Both the position numbers and the translations under genes were made by a program. Below, piece by piece: positions 13,164 through 27,430 of a DNA stretch of 64,000 nt; position 1 is the first letter of the stretch; the number at the start of each line of letters is the position of its first letter. The notes beneath the pieces were generated by a model. It ran no database searches. It was not told the origin of the DNA and saw nothing but the letters and a program-made list of their open reading frames with translations. The DNA comes from Okamejei kenojei. Lineage: Eukaryota. The stretch is from NCBI GenBank assembly GCA_035221665.1, contig JAVHYY010000407.1, forward strand, positions 1 to 64,000. The letters run 5' to 3'.

Positions 13164-16100
13164 ATCACAAAGTATCACAAAGGAGGTCTACTGATCGTTA
13201 GGAGTTGGTCTCCTACAATAACATCGAGAGAAGCGACAAAGAAAGGACTGTGTCTCTTTTTTTTTTAACATACAAAAAAGACTGCTCTTGTTAAAATGGC
13301 GAAATCTTCCTCGAGGCACTGTCTAGACTTTATCTTTGGAATGTTAATTCAAGGTCGGATTTTAAGTTTTCATTTCAACAAACGACTGACAAAGAAGAGA
13401 AACTGTGGCGGGGAAAAATAAATTGAGAATATAGTGTAATATAGAATACGATTTAAGAAACATATAATTACATACTAACATAAAATATAATTAATAAAAT
13501 TGGGTAGTATTAATAACATACTAACACATTTTATGGATACAGTAGACTTAATCTAGATCGTGCGTAAAGGTGGAGGAGATTCAGATACTTGGAAATTATC
13601 CAAGGGTCTGAATTTGGTTAACCCCTTGGGACCTGCTGTTGTCTGATACAAAAGTTTGAGACTTAATTGTAATAAATCTAGGCATATTGATAGATATGGA
13701 TATATAATTAACATAATTACTGTTATATTTAAATATATAATTAATTTGGAAACTACTTTTTTATTTTGTTTTTCCTCCTGGAAGATAAATTTCTAATCTA
13801 GCTATTGGAGTATGTTTTATTATATATATATATATATAATTTTGAACTTTGTATCGCTCTCATCTTCCAATTAATAATAATTGGTCAAGGGGCAGAGCGA
13901 AACATATAAAAACATCTACGGAAGTCAATAACAATTTTTCTACCACCTGTTGGTGGCTTGTTTTTAATTATAATATCTTTATTTTTGGATATTATAATAT
14001 CACTTTTTGTTTGTTAATTATCTTTTCACGACTCTACACTTTCTGGTCTTTTTTCAAGGTTTATTCTGAAGGAGAGATGCCAACAAAACTTAACAGCTGG
14101 GGATGATCATCCTTCATCTGGAGTTATAAGGTTCTTGGTTGCACCATATGAAGTAAAGGTATTAACATGATCCATAATGCAAGACGATAAACAAAATAAA
14201 ACTGGAGGAATCACGTTTTGTAGTTGGAATATAAGGGGCGCTAATGAACCAATTAAAAGGTAAGATCTTTGCCCAATTAAAAGCCTTAAAAAGTGACATT
14301 ATTTTCTTACAAGAGACGCATCTGAAATATCAAACACAGATAAGATTGAAGGCAAATTGGATTGGGCAAACATACTACTCTTCATTTACTTCTAAATCTA
14401 GAGGCACGGCTATTATCATTCGTAAAGGTATACCATTTAAATTAAAGAATACTATAGCAGATAAAGAGGGGAGGTACGTCATAGTTACGGGAGAAATTTA
14501 TTCTACTCCCACTTACTTTGATAAATATTTATGCTCCTAATTTTGACAACCCCCAATTTTTTAGTAAAATTTTGGATATAATTTCAGAACTTAATCATCA
14601 AAATGTGATAATAGGGGGAGATTTGAATTGTGTTTTAGATCCATATTTGGATAAATCAGCAAAACAAAAAAGGACTAACATAAAATCTAAAACGAGTGAA
14701 CTCCTAAATACATACATGAAAAATTCTAATATAACAGATGTATGGAGGATCGCTAACCCAGTAAGTAGGGAATATTCATTTTATTCAACAGTACATAAAA
14801 CATATTCACGTATTGATTATTTCTTAGTGGACACAAAACTAATTCCATATACATATAATTCTAAATATCATAATAGTATCATTTCTGATCATTCCCCGTT
14901 AACTTTTTCTTTAAAATTAGAAGGAATGCCCGATAAAAATTCGTTTTGGAGGTTTAACCCCCAAATTTTAAATAACTCACAAGGTTGCACATATTTAAAA
15001 GAGCAGATGAGATTCTTCTTTGAGACAAATGATACACCAGATATTTCACCCTCTTTATTATGGGAAACTTTTAAGGCATTTATTAGAGGAATTATAATCT
15101 CATATCAAGCTTTCCAAAATAAAAAGAATAATACTGAACAATTGCAGTTAGAACAAGAAATTAGACAATTAGATTCAGAAAATGCCAAAGAACCAACTAT
15201 AGATAAACATAATAAGATAATAATACTAAAATATAAACTAAATAAAATTTTATCGGCCAGAATAATGAGATTATTTCAAATTACAAAACAAGAAAATTTT
15301 GAATTTGGTGATAAACCTCATAAACTCTTAGCACGCCAACTGAAAAAAAGGGACACAGAAAATACAATTACTAAAATTAAATCAGACAAAGGGGAATTAC
15401 TAACACTACCTAAAGATATTAATAAAAGATTTGCTCAATTTTATCAAAACTTATATACATCGAAAACCTCTGCAAATAATACTCAAATTGCAAATTTCTT
15501 AGATAATTGTAATCTTCCAAAATTAAATATGGTGGAACAAGAGGCATTAGGAGCTCAGATTACACTACAGGAAATAGAAGAAACAATTAGTTCGTTGAAG
15601 AACGGCAAAAACCCCAGGACCAGATGGCTTCAGTAATGAATTCTATAAAAGATTCTACGAAATAATTTCTCCACGGTTGCAAGATTTATATATATACATT
15701 TTTAAAGAAAATAAACTACCAGAAACACTAACTGAATCAACTATTACACTTATACCAAAAAAGGATAAAGATCTAGAAGACCCAGGCTCATATAGAGCTA
15801 TTGCACTCCTAAATACAGACCAAAAAATATTAACGAAGACCCTAGCGAGAAGATTGAGTAAATATGTTAGTAAACTAATAAATCCGGACCAAACAGGGTT
15901 CATACCAAAGAGATACTCATTTAACAATTTGAGACGGTTGTCTAATATAATGTACTCACATAATACTGAAGAAGAACTAGCAATTATTTCATTGGATGCA
16001 GAAAAAGCTTTTGATCAAGTAGTATGGCAATATTTATTCAAAGTATTGGAAAAATTTAATATGGGAGATAATTTTATTTCATGGGTAAAACTATTATATG

Positions 16101-18353
16101 ATAAGCCGACGGCTAGAATACTGACTAATAATATATTATCCCTGAAATTCCACTTAGCAAGGGGCAATAGGCAGGGGTGCGCGTTATCGCCCCTGCTTTT
16201 TGCACTAGTGATAGAGCCTTTAGCTGAAAGTATAAGAAGCCATCCGAACATTCATGGGTATATTACCAAACACTCAAATAATAAAATTTCATTATATGCA
16301 GATGACATATTATTATATATTACAAATTCGCAAATTAGCATACCAAATATACTAAATTTAATAGAGGAATTTGGTTCTTTTTCAGGATATAGAATAAATT
16401 GGAACAAAAGCGAAATTATGACGATAAAACCTCAAGAGTCGACACATCTGTTGAAATTCCCTTTTAGAATTACAACAGAAAAATTTAAATATTTGGGCAT
16501 CCAAATTACTAGGAACTATAAATCATTACTCAACGCAAACTATATGCCTTATTAACTAAATTAAATGGGCTGATTAAATTTTGGAAGACACTGCCGATGT
16601 CATTAATAGGCAGAATAAACGCGATAAAAATGATCTTCTTACCACAAATATTGTACCTATTTCAATCAATACCAATATACATACCTAAAAAATTCTTCAA
16701 AAAATTAGATACTGATATTATAAACTTTATATGGGATTATAAATCACACAGAATAAAAAAAAAAACACTTGTGTAAATCTAAAGAATCAGGGGGACTGAC
16801 ACTCCCTAAACTTATTGTATTATTATTGGGCAGTGAATATTAAAAATATAATCTACTGGTTGGACAGTTTCTGCCCAACAGGTAGATTGGATAAGAATGG
16901 AGAAAGAGGATTGTTCCCCTTATAATATAGGAGCGATCCTTCTTTCCCCGATAAAACTGAACAATGTAATATACAAGAAGAATCCAATTATTCATAGTAT
17001 AATACGAATTTGGAAACAAATAAAATTAACTTTAAAATTAAGAAAATTATCGCTTCTTTCTCCAATAGCTAATAATCCCTCATTCAAACCATCCATTATT
17101 GATAAAACGTTTACCCATTGGGAAAGAATAGGAATTAAAATGATGGGAGATATGTATGAAATGGGAAAAACTTTTATCATTCCAACAATTACAACTAAAA
17201 TATAATTTGAAAAGTAATCAATATTTCAAATACCTTCAAATTCAAGATTATTTGAAAAAGTATATACAAGGATATCAAACTTTAACCCCAGATCTACTGG
17301 AGGAAGGAATGAATAGAAAGGCAGAATCAAGCAATTTAATATCTTACTTATATAATATAATTCTAAATATAGAAACACCAACGACAGAAGCAATTAGAAG
17401 AGACTGGGAACAAGAGTTATTGATAAAAATTCCGAACGATAGATGGGATAAAAATCTATTATATGTAAACAAATGTTCAATGAATGTAAGACATAACCTA
17501 ATTCAATTTAAAATTTTACATAGATTATATTATTCGAAAACAAGACTGAATAAAATATTTTCAAATGTTTCCCCCCATCTGCGACAAATGTCTAACTCAA
17601 AATGCCACTATAGCACATTCCTTTGTCTCTTGTACAAAACTGTATACATTTTGGAATGAAATTTTTGGAATTTTTACAAAACTAATTTAACACAAAATTG
17701 AACCCCAATACTGAATTGATTATCTTTGGATCAATGGAAGAGGGAAGTAAACTAACTATATTCCAAGAAGCCTTTCTTAATTATGGTCTAATAACAGCGA
17801 AAAAACTTATACTTAAATTTTGGAAAAACGCACCTACGCCAACATTCAAAATGTGGATCTCAAATATGTCTGAAACGCTACATCTTGAAGAAATGATTCC
17901 TCTTACTAGGCAAAGTAGACCAATTCTTAAAGATTTGGTCTCCGTTTATCAACTTTATACAAGCATATGGTGCAACATAACATAACCTTAGAAATTAAAT
18001 GGTTCAGAACTGGGTGACGAATGGGCAAAAATATGAGATAGGTAGATCTCTCCTAATCTTTCATTTCTTATTACTTTTTCCTTTTCTTTCAATCTTTTAA
18101 CTTCTCACCTCTGTCCTTTATTTTTTTTTTACTTTCTGTTTCTACTTGCTTGTCTATCTATTCCTACTTGCTTGTCTATCTATTCCGACACTCTTTATTT
18201 CTCTTTTCTCTCACTGTTCTTTTATTATTGCACCAAAAATATGAAGTTGTACAAGAATGAAAATATGTATTTATGTATTATGTATTAGGTACTTAAGTAC
18301 CAGACTACTGTACTTACTTCTAACAAAAATAAACAAACAAAAAAATAAATAAA
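13164..18353 (+). mobile_element. L1-clade LINE, 5'-truncated (inter-ORF region, ORF2, 3' UTR, A-rich tail)
   Basis: Complete ORF2 domain order; tail aacaaaaataaacaaacaaaaaaataaat; 13-bp TSD taaataaaagggt at 13151-13163 and 18354-18366. Confidence 0.93.
14177..17985 (+). pseudogene. L1 ORF2 (APE endonuclease, reverse transcriptase, Cys-rich C-terminus), frameshifted
   Basis: Motifs FLQETH, NIYAPN, GGDLN, SRIDY, SDHSP, LDAEKAFD, RQGCALSPLLF, YADDILL, CDKC; broken mainly by single-base frameshifts. Confidence 0.92.
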
Positions 18354-19420
18354 TAAATAAAAGGGTGACCATGGAGATGGTATGAACGCTCTGGAAGTAT
18401 CGAAGCATGGAAGTGAACGATACAGGTGAGGTACTAAAACAAGTCTTTACATCTGTGGAAATTAGAGGGTAGCGAGGTCAGTGTGGAGGATACTTGTAAG
18501 TTCGCTCAGTTCCAAATCTAAAAAGAGGTGGAGCTGAGGCACTAGAACACCAACAAGGTGGATAAGTCGACCGTACCTGATGGGATTTATGCCAGGTTAT
18601 TGAAAGAGGAAAGAGAGGAATTGCCGATTCCTTCACGAGGATATATGTTGCTACTGTAACCACAGGCGTGGTCGCATGGGACTTGAGAGTGGTCACTGTT
18701 GTTCCTTTGTTTAAGAAGGGAAGTAGAGACAATCTATGGAACTACATACTAATGAGCCTCACCTCAGTGCTAGGGAAACAATTTTAGATAATTCTTCGAG
18801 GTAAGGCGTACACCGGTTTGGAAGAGAATGCGCTAATCATGGCTAGCTTGCACTTAGTTGTTCGTTGCAGGCTGTGCCTTATCAACTTGATTCAGTTTTT
18901 TGAGGTTACGAAGAAGATTGATGAATGTAGGGCGGTGGATGTGATCTACATGGATTTTAGTAAGGGTTTTCATAAGGTCACTTATGGCTGACTGATCCAA
19001 AAGATTACGATGAAGAGGATTCATAATGAATTGTTCGTGTATAATCGGAACGAACTAATTAACTGTCGACAAGGGATGTGGTTGGACATAGATATTCCGG
19101 CTCATTATGCAGCTCTACAACACTTTGATTAGGCCACATATAGGCTATAGCGTGCAGTCCTCGTCGCCAGATCACAGGAAAGGTGTATGTATTTTCAGAA
19201 TATGCACGGTAGCTTTACCATGATGCTGCCTGGGTTAGTGGGTTGGATGGCCTTTGATTGTTTTCGCAGGTTTAGCTAGAGGGAATAGCTAATGTGAGAG
19301 AGGGACATTTCATTGAGATATCTGGGACATGTTTTTGCACAGACTGCCTGCAACGAATTGCTAGGGTTTGTAATGGACAAGGCAGAAACGTGGCGTGAAT
19401 GAGGCTTTTAAATGGACACA
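18354..19420 (+). mobile_element. Old CR1 ORF2, continuation of ~12800-13163, interrupted by the L1
   Basis: gtcactgttgttcctttgtttaagaaggg and gtggatgtgatctacatggattttagtaag encode the CR1 RT motifs VPLFKKG and VDVIYMDFSK. Confidence 0.75.
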
Positions 19421-21019
19421 TTCCTGTGATGCACTGTTCTGTGTTCTGAGTTCTGTGTTCTGTGTTCTGTGTTTTATGTTCTACGTTCTATGTTCTAAAT
19501 AATATAAAGCTCATTTTAGATTTAGGACGGGCTTATATGACAACATATCGCCAGCTGGAGTAAGATCAACGTGGATTGTTGTAAACCAGACAAAGGGTAA
19601 TACCACTGAGTAAGCGTTCTTTATTACACCCATTATCAGACACATGGGAAGATGTTTTATCAAATCGTCAAGACGGAACAGGAAGTTGTACGTTACTCTG
19701 AGTGATCACAAATAAATGTTGACACCTGAATAACTATTTACAAATTTAAAAAAACCGCATTTAATGATTGTGTCGCGAGAATATAAAATGATGTGGGCGC
19801 TTTGAATCATTAAACACGGTGTCGATTGGTTACATTACGTAGTAACCAATGTAATGCTTTATCAATGTAAGCTCCGAATACTACTACACCATTCATATTA
19901 TCGCAATCCGACGTGCTGTTAGTTGCTGTAATTAATATGCTGCTGTGTTTTGTATATGTTACTCAATAAATACTGTTGTATCAGATCCGTGAGTATGTGT
20001 GACTTGCTCAACACACTGTGAGTTCTACCAGAGTGTTTCGCACTATATACTGGCATCGCCTCTAGAAAATCGGCGTGTGCGAAACTCATCTTTGTTCTGC
20101 GCCATTGAACAGCGAGCATGCCCTTCGGCTGGAAGAGAGGAATCCTAGGTGAGTTTCAGTGCGGACATTTTAAAAAGCCAGCCCAGGGACAGCTTGCATA
20201 GTTGGCCGAACGCTACCCACATCCCCGTTCAACTATGTCTCCCTCTATAACGTCTACAATGTCTCTATAGTTGTCTTCCCTTTTCTTGTGCAACTGCACG
20301 GTTCATTCAAACCTCAAGAGGGAGAAGACCATTTTGTCATCATTTTTTAGGTGTTGCTAGACTGGTTTCCTGGAATGAAAATGAAAAACGTAACCTCTAT
20401 AACTGCTGGACATTCAGAATTTATCGCTACACGGATGATGAGAGAACAAAATATTTCCGGCTCTTCTCTAACAGTCTAATTTTGGGCTTTGTTATCATTG
20501 CAATTAAACCTAAAAATAATTCATGAACTGAGGCACCTGAGCGGCCAAATGTATTATTAACTTGGCAAACCCCTCTCGATTTCTTCACGTTTTTTTCAGC
20601 ATACATCATTCAATACTCCAAAGATAACACATAATGGCCTATAGTTCTTCCCCGTTACTTGCAAAGTGGCGCACACTGATCTATTGGCAAGACCCATGCA
20701 TTTTTGCTGAAACAGATGTACCACCTTTCACTCTGTTACGATCAGACGGCTATGTCTGACGAGAAAATATTGTGTGTTCCATGATGACTAAGGCCGCCAG
20801 GTCTATGACTGACTCGTCGTGGCAGTCCTGCATTTCGTGACTATCTCTCGCTTTATAACTACAAATGATGCATTAATGCTGGAGAAACTGGATGGAGCGG
20901 AGCTTTGGTTGTGCTGCCCGCGATTCTAGCTGGGATGTTGGCAATTGGAAGATCATATTTTTACAACAAATAACGGAAAGTTGAATCCGGGGCAGAAATA
21001 TACATTCTGTCGGAATAAT

Positions 21020-21936
21020 TTATTTTAATCGACTGAGGCAGTTTTCAAACACCACCAGAGGGTATTTCACCGCCTTCTTCAACTCCTGTCTGAATTTAGC
21101 CTGGGTCACTGCGTAAATAAAGGAATTCGTGCAGAAGCTGAGGTTCGAGAGCATGTTAGCGCTTTCTTGCAGAATGGAACGAGGATTTCTGAAACTGAAA
21201 CCGGAGAAATAAGAACTACCTGTAATCTGAATGAACATAAAATTAACGACATCCGCAACCCACAAGAACAGAAAACTGGCGGAGATGCTGAAAAGTAAAA
21301 TTATGGATTTTCTCCGGTTCTCTATTTCTGCATCTTTCCAATCCTCGCGCTCCTTGTTACCACGAAGTGCATTGCGGATTTTGTTGGACACAAATACGTG
21401 TCTGATAGTCAGAACATTGAACAAAAATATCAGAAGGAAAGGAAGAGAAGGTGTTAAAATGTGATCGAACCAATCGTAGGCTTTCCAGACAGGTTCGGTG
21501 TAGAAACTTAATTTATAGTCACAAAACCAGGGCACTCCGTCCACTGTGTACAATGGTTGGTATACAAAGTAGTAAGGGGCGTTCTTAACACCGCTCAGGA
21601 CACAGACAACAGCTATTACCACAGCCGCGGTTTTCTTCTTGCAGTAACTGTCTTTCAGCTGCCGGCAGCAAATGGCTGCAAATCGATCGAAGGTGAATGC
21701 AACCGTCAGCCATACCGATGAATCTATGCTTGTATTAATCATCACCGTGCTGAAGCTACAGGCGGGAGTGGTGGAGAAGACACTGTTAATAAAGAAGATC
21801 CCGGTGATTCGATTCAGTATCACGGCGGAGACGATTACCAGCAGATCCGTCACCGCCATGGCCACTAGGTAATAAGTAACACATTTGGAGAGTCCACACC
21901 TCGCTCGCGACAGGATCACAACGGCCGCTATGTTCG
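21020..21936 (-). CDS. GPR139-like orphan class A GPCR, exon 2 (end of TM1 through TM7 and C-tail), intact
   Basis: Open frame of 917 nt after the acceptor ttaacag; LVAMAVTDLL (TM2), TVAFTFDRF (TM3), LPF (TM5), FLFLW (TM6), CTNSFIY (TM7), helix 8 KFRQEL. Joined to 29050-28981 it gives 328 aa. Confidence 0.92.
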
Positions 21937-22943
21937 CTGTTAAGACAAACAACGATAAGGGTAAAGGAGTAACGATATAAGAATGTTTGAGGGGGGGGGG
22001 GTATGTTTTTGATGACATACAGGATCAAGTTACAAGACATTTGCTACGTCATCACATTTGAACCGTGACCTGGCGAAATGTAATCCCACAAATGGCGATC
22101 AACGTCTGCAGCAGAAAGCAGTGGAGCCGATGCCATTGCGCAAATTCCGGAGGAGGAGGGTGTTTTTTCTCAATGGTCAAATAATGCGAAAATGCATGAT
22201 CACCCATGCTACCGGTGAACCACAGAGCAGCTGGCGGGCCGCTTACTTTATCCTTGCTCCTATTTGATTTGTTTCTATGTCGCCGGGAGATTGCAGAAGA
22301 CGTGGTTTGGTACCATTGTTGGAATCAGTTCTCCATGTGAATCCCCAACTCCCTATGTGTGAAACATTTTGTCCTCTTCTCCATTCCAAATGCCTTTCTC
22401 CTTATTTATAAACTGTGCCCATGGTTTTGGACTCTCCCTACATTGGGAACATGTTTCGTGCCTCTAGTGTGTCCAAACATTGAAAATTATATGTTTCAAT
22501 AAGATCCCCTCTCAGCCTTCTAAATTCCAGAGTATTCAAGCCTAGCCACTGCATTCTATCAACAGATGATAGCCCCGCCTTCCCGGTAATTCACCCCGCT
22601 AATGTTACTATTAATCCCTTCATCAAAATCATTAACTTATATTGTAAATATCTGCGGGCCAGCACCCGAGTCTTACGGTACCCCACTCATCACTGCGTGC
22701 TATACTGAAAATGACCCATTAAACCCTACTGTGTGTTACATATTTTGCAAACAATTTTCTATCCATGTCAGTAACCTATCCTCAATACCATGTGCTCTAA
22801 TTCTGGCCACTAAATTCCTATGTGGGACATTATCAAATGCTTTCAGATAATCCGAGTACACTACATCCACTGGCTCTCCCATGTCCATTTTCCTAGTTAA
22901 ATCTTCAAAAAATTCCGGAAGATTAATCAAACATGTTTTCCCC

Positions 22944-25900
22944 GACTTTCGGTGGCACCATGAAGTGGTGAAGGTGCAGCATTGAATTCAGCTCCAGCTA
23001 AAATCGTGTAAAAACTGTTTCTAAAGTTGGGACCGATTTGAAAACATCTACCGGTGGCTGCTTGCTGTCGTGGGAGTGATATCATCAGACAGTTTCGAGA
23101 AAATTTGAGGTTTAATAGTACTTTTATATGAAACAGGAAAAATATCAACGTGGACCTAAGAAATCGACTATCAGACTCCTGCTGGAAGAAGATTTGGCAA
23201 CCCCCCAAACGGCAACTAAAAGCTCAGACGAATAATTTGATTCTCAATAAGCAGTATCTGAAATGGCTTCAAAAGGAGGGACAAAGGGGATGGAAAAGGA
23301 GAAATAGATGAAGCAGTGGGAACACACGGTAAGAGCTAATGTTACTAAAGATCTTACCACAGATCTCACTAAGGTATTCTCCAAAATGCTCACTAACATG
23401 TATAAGACACTGGAGAACAAGCTCTACAAAATGTAGGTCAATCTCTCCAAGAAAATAGATGCTGCGCGTGATGAATCAAAGGAACAGTTTGACTTTTTGA
23501 AGCAACAACTGTTGGATCTGGATCAGAGGACAACTGAGGAATTTGCGAGAATGGAACATGATTTTTTATAAGAAATTTGATGTACTGACTGAAGTTGATA
23601 AGTCGATAGAAGATATGAAGGTTGAAATACGTGAGATGTCTCGGGAAATATCGACCCTGAAAGAAGAACAAGGGGTTAATCGGGAGCAATTGAATACATT
23701 GACAGATAATTTCAAGATTTGGAAGATAGATCAAGGAGACTGAACTTGAGGATTGTAGGAGTAAAGGAGGGACAAGAGCTAGGAACTTTAATGACCGAAC
23801 TTGTTACTAAAATACTCAAAGATGTCTTTAAGTTGAAGGAAAACCCGAGGATTGATGTGGCACATCGGGTAGGTCGCTTCAGAAGAGAAACAAATGCTTC
23901 CCCAAGACAGATTGTTGTGACATTTTTGGAAATTTCAAGTCTGGATAAACTTAAGAAGATGATACCACATGGGGAAAAGCTCATGTTTGATGGAGAGACT
24001 GTCAGATTCTACAGGGACTATCCACGCGACATATTGGAGAAAAAGGAATAAGTTTAAAAGAGCATGCAGCATTCTGCAAGGTAAATCATAGGTGAAATAA
24101 GGAGTTGTGTTTCCAGCGAAGATGAAGATCAATTACAACTCCATTCAACGCGCCTTCTTGGACCCGGATTCGGCATTTTATGACACACAATAAATTGTAA
24201 AGAAAATAGAAAAAAAAGAGAAGTAAAGGTTGATGATTAAACTTTTATTGTGAAACAATGCTGTAATTAAGATGGTGGAACTGCTCTATACATTAACCAG
24301 ACTGGCTTATCTGTCAGGAATGTGCATGCCCTGGTTTCAACCTTGAACAGATAAGGGGAAGAAAAATAATTGAGAGTAGACACTTTTTAAGTAACGCGAT
24401 CAGATTTGAAAGAAAATCAAAGGAAATTATGGACGTTTTAATTAATACAGAATATATGTAACGTAAAAAATTAACTAACTATATAAACTTAATATTACTA
24501 ATTAATGGTTATGCTATTATATTAATTTTATACTAATATGATTAACCAAGATATTAACCTAATGGATTTAGGCGATAAGGGGCATATGGAGATGATTCTT
24601 ATTAACAGATATATAAGGTTAATATGGTTGAATAGAAATGAAATCTAATTTCGAATGTACACTAACATACTACAATTAATTAAAAGGGGTATAAGAATAT
24701 AACATCATAAACCTGTGGGAGGAGAGAGGCGTTAATGATTTCGAAAAGTTCCGGAGGTTTGGGCTGGATTGAAGTTAAGAAACGTAACCCTTGAAACAGG
24801 CTGGTAATTAAGATGCAGATGAATACTGTACATTCGGACAGGGACAGGGCACGTGTTCTCATGTTTTATAATTCCCAGACTCGGGGATACGTTGCTAGTA
24901 ACATAGAAGGTTTAAAATTGGGGTAGAAAAGAGAATATTTGAAACAGCAAAGATGATTTTTTTCCCCTTTAGATATATTAAGACATATTAAGACATATTT
25001 AGATGAAATAGCATGTAGTTATAAATGCCATTGTATTTAGGGTGCTGAACCCAATGTATAATTCCATCTACGGAGGTCAATCAATCTTTTGCCATCATAG
25101 ATGGCTTATTGTATTTAGGGTATCACCTTTTTGATATCTTAAACTCACGGGTTTTTTTTTGTTGTATTTACTTTTATGCGGCTTTTGTACCAATCTTTCT
25201 TTTTTATCCTCAACATTTTTCAACGCGTTTTACTCTTTTTCTTATGGAGGTTCAATATACGGAGGAGCGGTAAAATGAAGTCAGCATTCTGGAATGATAT
25301 CCATATACCCAAAAGTCTGAGGTACCTAACTACACCACATGAAGCAAAATCACTAAAACCCATTTATAATGCAGGATAATTAGGAAAAAAAGAATGGAGG
25401 AGTCACATTTTGTAGTTGGAATATTAGGGGTGCGAATGATCCAATTAAAAGGGACAGAATTATGGCCCAGTTAAAATCTTTAAAGGTGGATATTGCTTTT
25501 CTGCTAGAAACGCATACGAAACTACAAACACAGATGAGACTGGCAAACTGGATGGGCCAAACGTATCACTCGTCATTTACTGCTAAAGCTAGAGGAACGG
25601 CTATTATTATTCGGAAAGGTATACCGTTTATATTAAAGAATACAATCTGATAAAGAAGGAAGATACACGATAGTGGTGGGATAAATTTATTCCACTCCAC
25701 TGACTCTGATAAATATTTATGCACCAATTTTTGAAAATCCCCAATTTTTAAATAAAATTATGGATAAAATAGATGAGTATCATTTTCAAAATGTAGTACT
25801 GGGGGGGGAGTTTAACTGTGTTATAGATTCATACTTAGATAAATCAATAACATTAAATCCAAGTCTACTGAATTCTTAAACACATTTAAAAAACACTGAC

Positions 25901-27430
25901 ATAAGAGATACATGGAGAATTAATACCATATACGATTAATTGTGAATGCCACAATAGTATTATTTCTGACCACTCCCCGCTGACATTTACTTTAAAACTT
26001 GAGGGAATGCCAGGTATAAAATCCTTTTGGAGATTTAACACACAAATAGCTAATGACTCACAAGGTTATCAGTATTTAAAACAACAAATTAAATATTTTT
26101 TTTGAAACAAACAAGACACCAGGTATTTCACCATCTCTATTATGGAAAACTTTTAAGGCATTCATTCGTGGAGTTATAATTTCGTATCAAAGTTTTATAA
26201 ATAACAAAAACAGGACAGAACAATGGACGTTAGAAAAGCAAATTAAATTATTAGAATTAGGAAACGCAAAAGACCCAACCATAGATAAACATAATAAGAT
26301 AACATTATTGAAATTTAAACCTAATCGAATATTATCGACAAGAGTAATACGATTATTTCAGATCACAAAACAAGTACAGTTTGAATTTGGGGATAAACCA
26401 CACAAACTTCTAGTACGACAATTGAAGAAGCAAGAAAAGTAAAAAAAAAACAATTAGCACAATTAAATCAGAGAATGGGGAACTATTAACTCAACCTAAG
26501 GACATTAACAAAAGGTTTGCTCAATTTTATCAACATTTATATACATCTAAAACTAACATTGAAGACAGTAAAATAATAATTCTTTTAGATAAGTGTAACT
26601 TGCCAAAATTGGATATCTTAGAACAAGAGGAATTAGTAGCTTAGATTACAAGTGAAGAAATAATAGAAACAATAAAATAACTGAAAAATGGGAAATACAC
26701 CACCCCCGATGGTTTAAATAATGAATTCTATATGAGATTTCAGGAGTTAATGGTCCCACGATTACTTAAATGATACAGTTATGCTTCTACCGAAAATAAA
26801 TTACCAGAATCTTTAGCAGAATCTACAATTACGCTTATACCAAAAAAAAGATACAAATCTAGAAGAACCGGGCTCGTATAGAGTTATATCACTTTTAAAT
26901 ACTGATCAAAAAGGTTTAGCAAAGATTTTAGCAAGAAGATTGAGAAAATATATAAAAAAATTGATAAACCAGGACCAAACGGGGTTTATACCCAAAAGAC
27001 AATCATTTAATAAATTGAGACGACTTTTTAAAATAGTGTATTCACATAAAGGAGAAAAGGAAGACAAATCAGTTATATCTTTGGATGCAGAGAAAGCATT
27101 TGATCAGGTAGGGTGGCAGCATTTATACATAGTACTCCAAACATTTAATATGGGAGATCATTTTATTAGATGGGTAAAATTATTATTTGATAATGCAACG
27201 GCATGAATGTTAACTAATAATATGTTGTCTCCAAAATTCCAATTATCACGGGGCGATAGGCAGGGATGTGTTTTATCACCGCTGTTATTTGCCCTTATGA
27301 TAGAGCCTCTGGCTGAAAGGATAAGAAGACATCCGAATATTCAGGTATATAATACTAAGGACTCTAATAACAAAATGTCATTATACGCGGATTATGTACT
27401 TTTATATATTAGCAATTCAGAAACGAGTAT
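22944..27430 (+). mobile_element. L1-clade LINE with 5' UTR, decayed ORF1 (~23263-24220) and 3'-truncated ORF2 (25369-27430), antisense in the GPCR intron
   Basis: ORF1 EDRSRRLNLRIVGVKEG...AHRVG...PRQIVV...RFYRDY; ORF2 LETH, DQTGF, LDAEKAFD, RQGCVLSPLLF, YADY, with stops. Starts exactly where similarity to copy A (~4245) breaks. Confidence 0.9.

Noticed and set aside
20427-20609. Gypsy RT/RNase H remnant (FLGLIAMITKPKIRLLEK)
   Set aside because: A single weak motif with no supporting flanking motifs or boundaries.
21937-22018. N-terminal extension MSSKTYPPPLKHSYIVTPLPLSLFVLT of the 332-aa ORF
   Set aside because: Non-ATG start; it reads through a pyrimidine tract and AG acceptor, so it is intron. 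The real TM1 is in upstream exons.
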